The notes below the pieces were generated by a model that saw only the letters and a list, made by a program, of their open reading frames with translations, did not search any database and was not told where the DNA came from. From Mytilus edulis (lineage: Eukaryota), in assembly GCF_963676685.1 (NCBI RefSeq), contig NC_092346.1:25916001-25980000 (forward strand): a stretch of 64,000 bases of DNA. Direction: 5' to 3'. This document shows, piece after piece, positions 62,356 through 64,000 of this stretch (positions within the stretch are counted from its first letter, which is position 1; each line of letters opens with the position of its first letter). The translations under genes and the position numbers were made by a program.

Positions 62356-63793
62356 TTATTTATTTATTTATTAATGAAATGCACATTTATACCCCTGGGG
62401 GTTGAAGGCATATACAAACAATACAATACAATATACACAATATAAAAATTAACATATCAAACATCATATATAAAGTGGTAAAACAGTAATATTTATGCAG
62501 GCGTTGTGTCCACTCCCCTCAGTGCAAATGACTTTTTAATGAACGGAACAGTAAGCTGCATAATATCAAATGAAGATAGAATTAATTGTAATTTATCTGT
62601 TTCAGACAAATTAAAGTATTCTGGACATATATTATTTATATCTTTTTCAAGCTGATTACGTAAAGATTTATTAATTTTACATTTTAAGAAAAAGTGGGTT
62701 TCATCTTCAACCGCATTTAAATTACAATGTTTACATATTCTATTTTCTCTTTGAATTCTTTTATATCTACCCCTCTCTATTTCCAAGAAATGGTCACTTA
62801 CTCGCATTTTACATAATAATTTTCTATTTTCAAAACTATTTTTAGAAATGTATTTGTCTATTTCATATTTTGTTTTTATTTTACTGTACAAGAATATTTT
62901 ACTGGTTTCATTAGTTAATTTTAATTTTTCAAAGAAAATATTTTCAAAGCTATCTTTAAGTTCTTTTTTAATATTTTTTGAGAATGACCTCTTCTCTTGT
63001 TTATAGTTTATATCCTGAATTTTATTTATGTCTAATTTATTTACATTGGCTATATTTTCTACATATGAAAACCATGAAAATATACCGTTAGTGCTAAGCC
63101 ATTTAGATAAACAAAATGCATCATATAATAAAGGGTTATTTTCATCACTAGAAATTCTTGCTAAGTACTTCAATGATTGTACTTTAATAAAGACATCTAT
63201 GGGATACTGAGCTAGTTCTGCTCTTGCAGCTATATTGACAGATTGTTTACTAAGCCCAAGTATATATTTGCAAAATTTTAAATGTGTCTTCTCCACTTGG
63301 CTACTATCAATCATTGATAAAATATCAAATTTACTCATGTCCTTAATTTGAGCTCGTTTTTCAGCTCTTATTATTTTTTCATAAAAATCCATATACCAAA
63401 TTTCAGAGTTATACATAAGAATAGGTTTAACTAGTGATTCGAACAATTTTTTGTATACTTTTATAGACACATTTTCTAAAGGAGAAAGATACTTAAAAAT
63501 AGAAAACAAAACTTTAGTACCTTTCTTAGCCAACTCAGTGTGTGATGAAGTCAATTTCCCAGATGCTTCAATTATATTTCCAAGATATTTATATTTTAAA
63601 ACTTTTTCTAGTTTGTCACCATTTAAGTAAAAATCATATTTATTATATAAAATGTTTTTCTGTTGAAAGACCATTATCTTAGTTTTTTGTGTATTTATTG
63701 TGAGCTGCCACTTATTACAATAAAAATTTAGTTTATTTATAGAGTTCTGTAAACCTTCAGGAGTTTCAGATAATAACAAAATGTCATCTGCAA
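62356..63793 (-). mobile_element. 5'-truncated non-LTR retrotransposon (RTE-X-like LINE); ORF remnant 62493-63790 uninterrupted
   Basis: Begins at the RT motif (F)ADD, then LQ..IN..KTK, YKYLG, ARAELAQYP and C-terminal H.LEIE.GRY...C..C...EDE.HF..KC; (TAAA)n tail at 62356-62375; candidate TSD ATTATC at 62350-62355 and 63794-63799. Clade call is from motif recall. Confidence 0.88.
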
Positions 63794-64000
63794 ATTATCA
63801 CTATGCTGATGCTCTGTGAAAAAAATTAAAAAAATTGACTTACCATTATATTTGCCATTGTTAGTGTCATGTCCAAGGCAGAATATAAAATGAAACGCAT
63901 GCAATAATTGCTTTTCAATACTTTGTGCAAAAGAACGCCATGCTTACTGCACTGTGACAAAATTTCAAATGACGTAATGCAGCCTGTGATGTCAAGTGTG

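Overview
AT-rich, intron-rich eukaryotic genomic DNA. The repeat families suggest a bivalve mollusc, probably a Mytilus-like mussel (inference). Three host genes were assembled by hand from GT-AG exons. (1) The 3' part of a + strand gene with at least 24 symmetric phase-1 exons, each encoding one reduced two-cysteine thrombospondin type-1 (TSR)-like repeat, ending in a VWA domain with an intact MIDAS (177-20390; the N-terminus lies outside the window). (2) Mitochondrial monothiol glutaredoxin GLRX5 (- strand, 2 exons). (3) Head-to-head with GLRX5 and only 121 bp away, a 23-exon, ~920-aa gene fusing N-terminal ankyrin repeats to a GH20 hexosaminidase-like fold whose catalytic Asp-Glu pair appears lost. 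One intron of the TSR gene holds a full-length antisense DIRS1-type tyrosine-recombinase retrotransposon with perfect ITR/ICR repeats. The rest is dense with non-autonomous elements (Helentron-associated HINEs, hAT-, Kolobok- and Tc1-like MITEs, several nested), a 5'-truncated Penelope-like RT and a 5'-truncated RTE-X-like LINE. Best leads: the ankyrin-GH20 putative pseudoenzyme, the two-Cys TSR-array/VWA protein, and a perfect U1-complementary site inside the DIRS terminal/ICR duplex. All coordinates were read by eye; no database searches were run.
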